NCBI GenBank assembly: GCA_000182565.2
Contig: KQ257453.1
Reading direction: 5' to 3' (one strand)
Origin: Spizellomyces punctatus DAOM BR117
Taxonomy: Eukaryota
DNA length: 20,000 nt
The notes below the pieces were generated by a model that saw nothing but the letters and a program-made list of their open reading frames with translations, did no database searches and was not told the origin of the DNA. Every line of letters starts with the position of its first letter. Within the stretch, counting starts at the first letter, position 1. Of the stretch, positions 18,561 through 20,000 are shown piece by piece. The translations under genes and the position numbers were made by a program.

Positions 18561-20000
18561 TTACTTTCCTTCAGCCCCACCAAAAAACCCAGATCGTAGC
18601 AAATGCTTGCACTCTTCTTTTGTGATTTCCGGCTTGGAAAATTGGAGTTCGATCAGACGTTGGAGGTAGATTCCTATTTCAGGTCCAGGTTTGATGCCCA
18701 AGATCGTCGCAACTTCTTTTCCCTAAATAAGCGTTTAGACATAAAGGGGTTGGGTGAGGATCGTGTCGTGAACTTACATTTAAGCATGGTCGGAAATCTT
18801 GAGCGTCTTCGAGTCCAAGGTGTCGAATTGTGTGAATGAGATGACAGTATGCATCGGCAGTTATTGTTTCCAAGCCCCTGTCGTCCACCAAATGACTACG
18901 CATCCAAGCCCGCCTATCAATAAGGTCGAATGCCCACGCAAACAAAAGTGCTAATGGCCATTTTTCACGAAGTGGCTTGCCGCCAAGATGTCTAACAAAT
19001 AAACCTAGTTCGCGACAAACAGCCGTTAAGCACCAAAAATAAAAGACACGCAAGTAACGGCACGGCTTACCAAGGGTTTTCCGATCTAGCCCATGAGTGT
19101 AATGCTTCATTACCGCTTCGCGCACGTGGTCCAGGTTCGCAAGAATGGCGGACGTCACATCGGCATCATAGCTGCTAAGCTGTCACAAAGAGCAGTTAAA
19201 AAGAAATGCAGATAGGAATGGACGAAGCACGCAACGAACCTTGACCGACTGCAACATCACCTCCCTGCTAAGCCTATGCTCCTTCTCCTTCTCTATGTAT
19301 GTGTATTCCCGAAATGGTGCAACGGCGCACGTCAAGTAAAGTAGGCGTCTATCGTCTGGTTCGAAAGCAGTTTTAATGGCTCCTGCCCAGAACCTTTCAA
19401 ATTGCTTCGATGCTAATAAACTGTTTCACCGCAGAATAGTTAGCTACCAGGCATTTCCAATTGGAGCCAGGAAATAAGAGGGATCCACCTTTCAACCGCT
19501 TGACCCAATCGAAGGACAAGATCGGAATCCACTTCAACCTCGTGGCCAGCGGGTGGTACGAAAACCAAGTCATAAAATCCAAACTCTTTGATCAAACGTA
19601 GCGATCTTAGTGGATCCGGGCCCTTCATCATCTTTTTCAGCTCAACGCCAATTCGCTCTCGCGTGATCTTGCGTTCGAAAGCTTTCTAAATATGGTCCAA
19701 TGACATCGAAATGAGAACCTCTGAACCTTCAGTAAATCTATTACGAGTCAAACCTTGATTTCATCATCCGCGACACTGCGCACAATCTCTTCATCGATCT
19801 CATATCCGAAACGTGTCGCAAAGCGTATGACACGTAAGACCCGGAGTGGATCATCTATAAAAGTCTGACGGGGAGGTAATGGGGTTCGAATGTGACCTTT
19901 TGAGAGGTCTTCCACGCCCTATCCTTTCGGTTCGTCATGGAGGATGTATGCCAAGCGTGTGAACAAAAAAGTGAATGTACCTTGCCAGTGAATCTTCTAC
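18561..20000 (-). CDS. CCA1: CCA tRNA nucleotidyltransferase, 5'-partial; exons 19981..>20000, 19754..19918, 19489..19685, 19240..19420, 19071..19179, 18778..19004, 18561..18722
   Basis: Motifs FTGKGVEDL...IRTPLPPRQTFIDDPLRVLRVIRFATRF, KITRERIGVELKKM, LNGKEV...GIKPGPEIG. Six GT-AG introns of 55-68 nt with consistent phases. Confidence 0.93.

Noticed and set aside
18538-18563. Stop-codon readthrough of CCA1 (TAA CAA TTG resembles the CARYYA context)
   Set aside because: Imperfect context, and readthrough plus the 18537 donor gives a frame without the NLS-like peptide.
19005-19070. In-frame, stop-free 66-nt segment read through in ORF 18679-19158
   Set aside because: It has canonical GTAAGC...CTAG ends and typical intron size, so it is treated as an intron rather than coding sequence.

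Overview
Eukaryotic, gene-dense genomic DNA with short GT-AG introns (about 54-133 nt, often with CTRAY-type branch sites). It is most likely a fungus, probably an early-diverging/zoosporic lineage (inference). I hand-spliced six protein genes with consistent reading frames: a secreted Egh16/GAS1 (DUF3129)-like protein with an N-terminal His and a Lys/Ala tail; a bacterial-type MscS channel carrying two introns; a small secreted Gly/Pro protein; an animal-like SLC44/CTL transporter; CCDC130/YJU2B; and the 3' part of a CCA-adding enzyme. There is also an intact tRNA-Ser(GCT). The most unusual part is a ~7.1 kb island (about 9845-16942) with no intact protein gene, bracketed by two copies of the CCDC130 promoter/5' end (left copy dead, right copy functional). 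It holds decayed intron-containing genes, a scrambled satellite with a half-duplicated tRNA, repeats decaying at CpG, and a frameshifted relic with about 8 'S/T-x-x-T-G-A-L-x-x-x-G-G-x-G-I-x-K' repeats like those of large-DNA-virus/phage fibre proteins (candidate endogenous viral element). All family calls come from motif recognition; no database searches were run.
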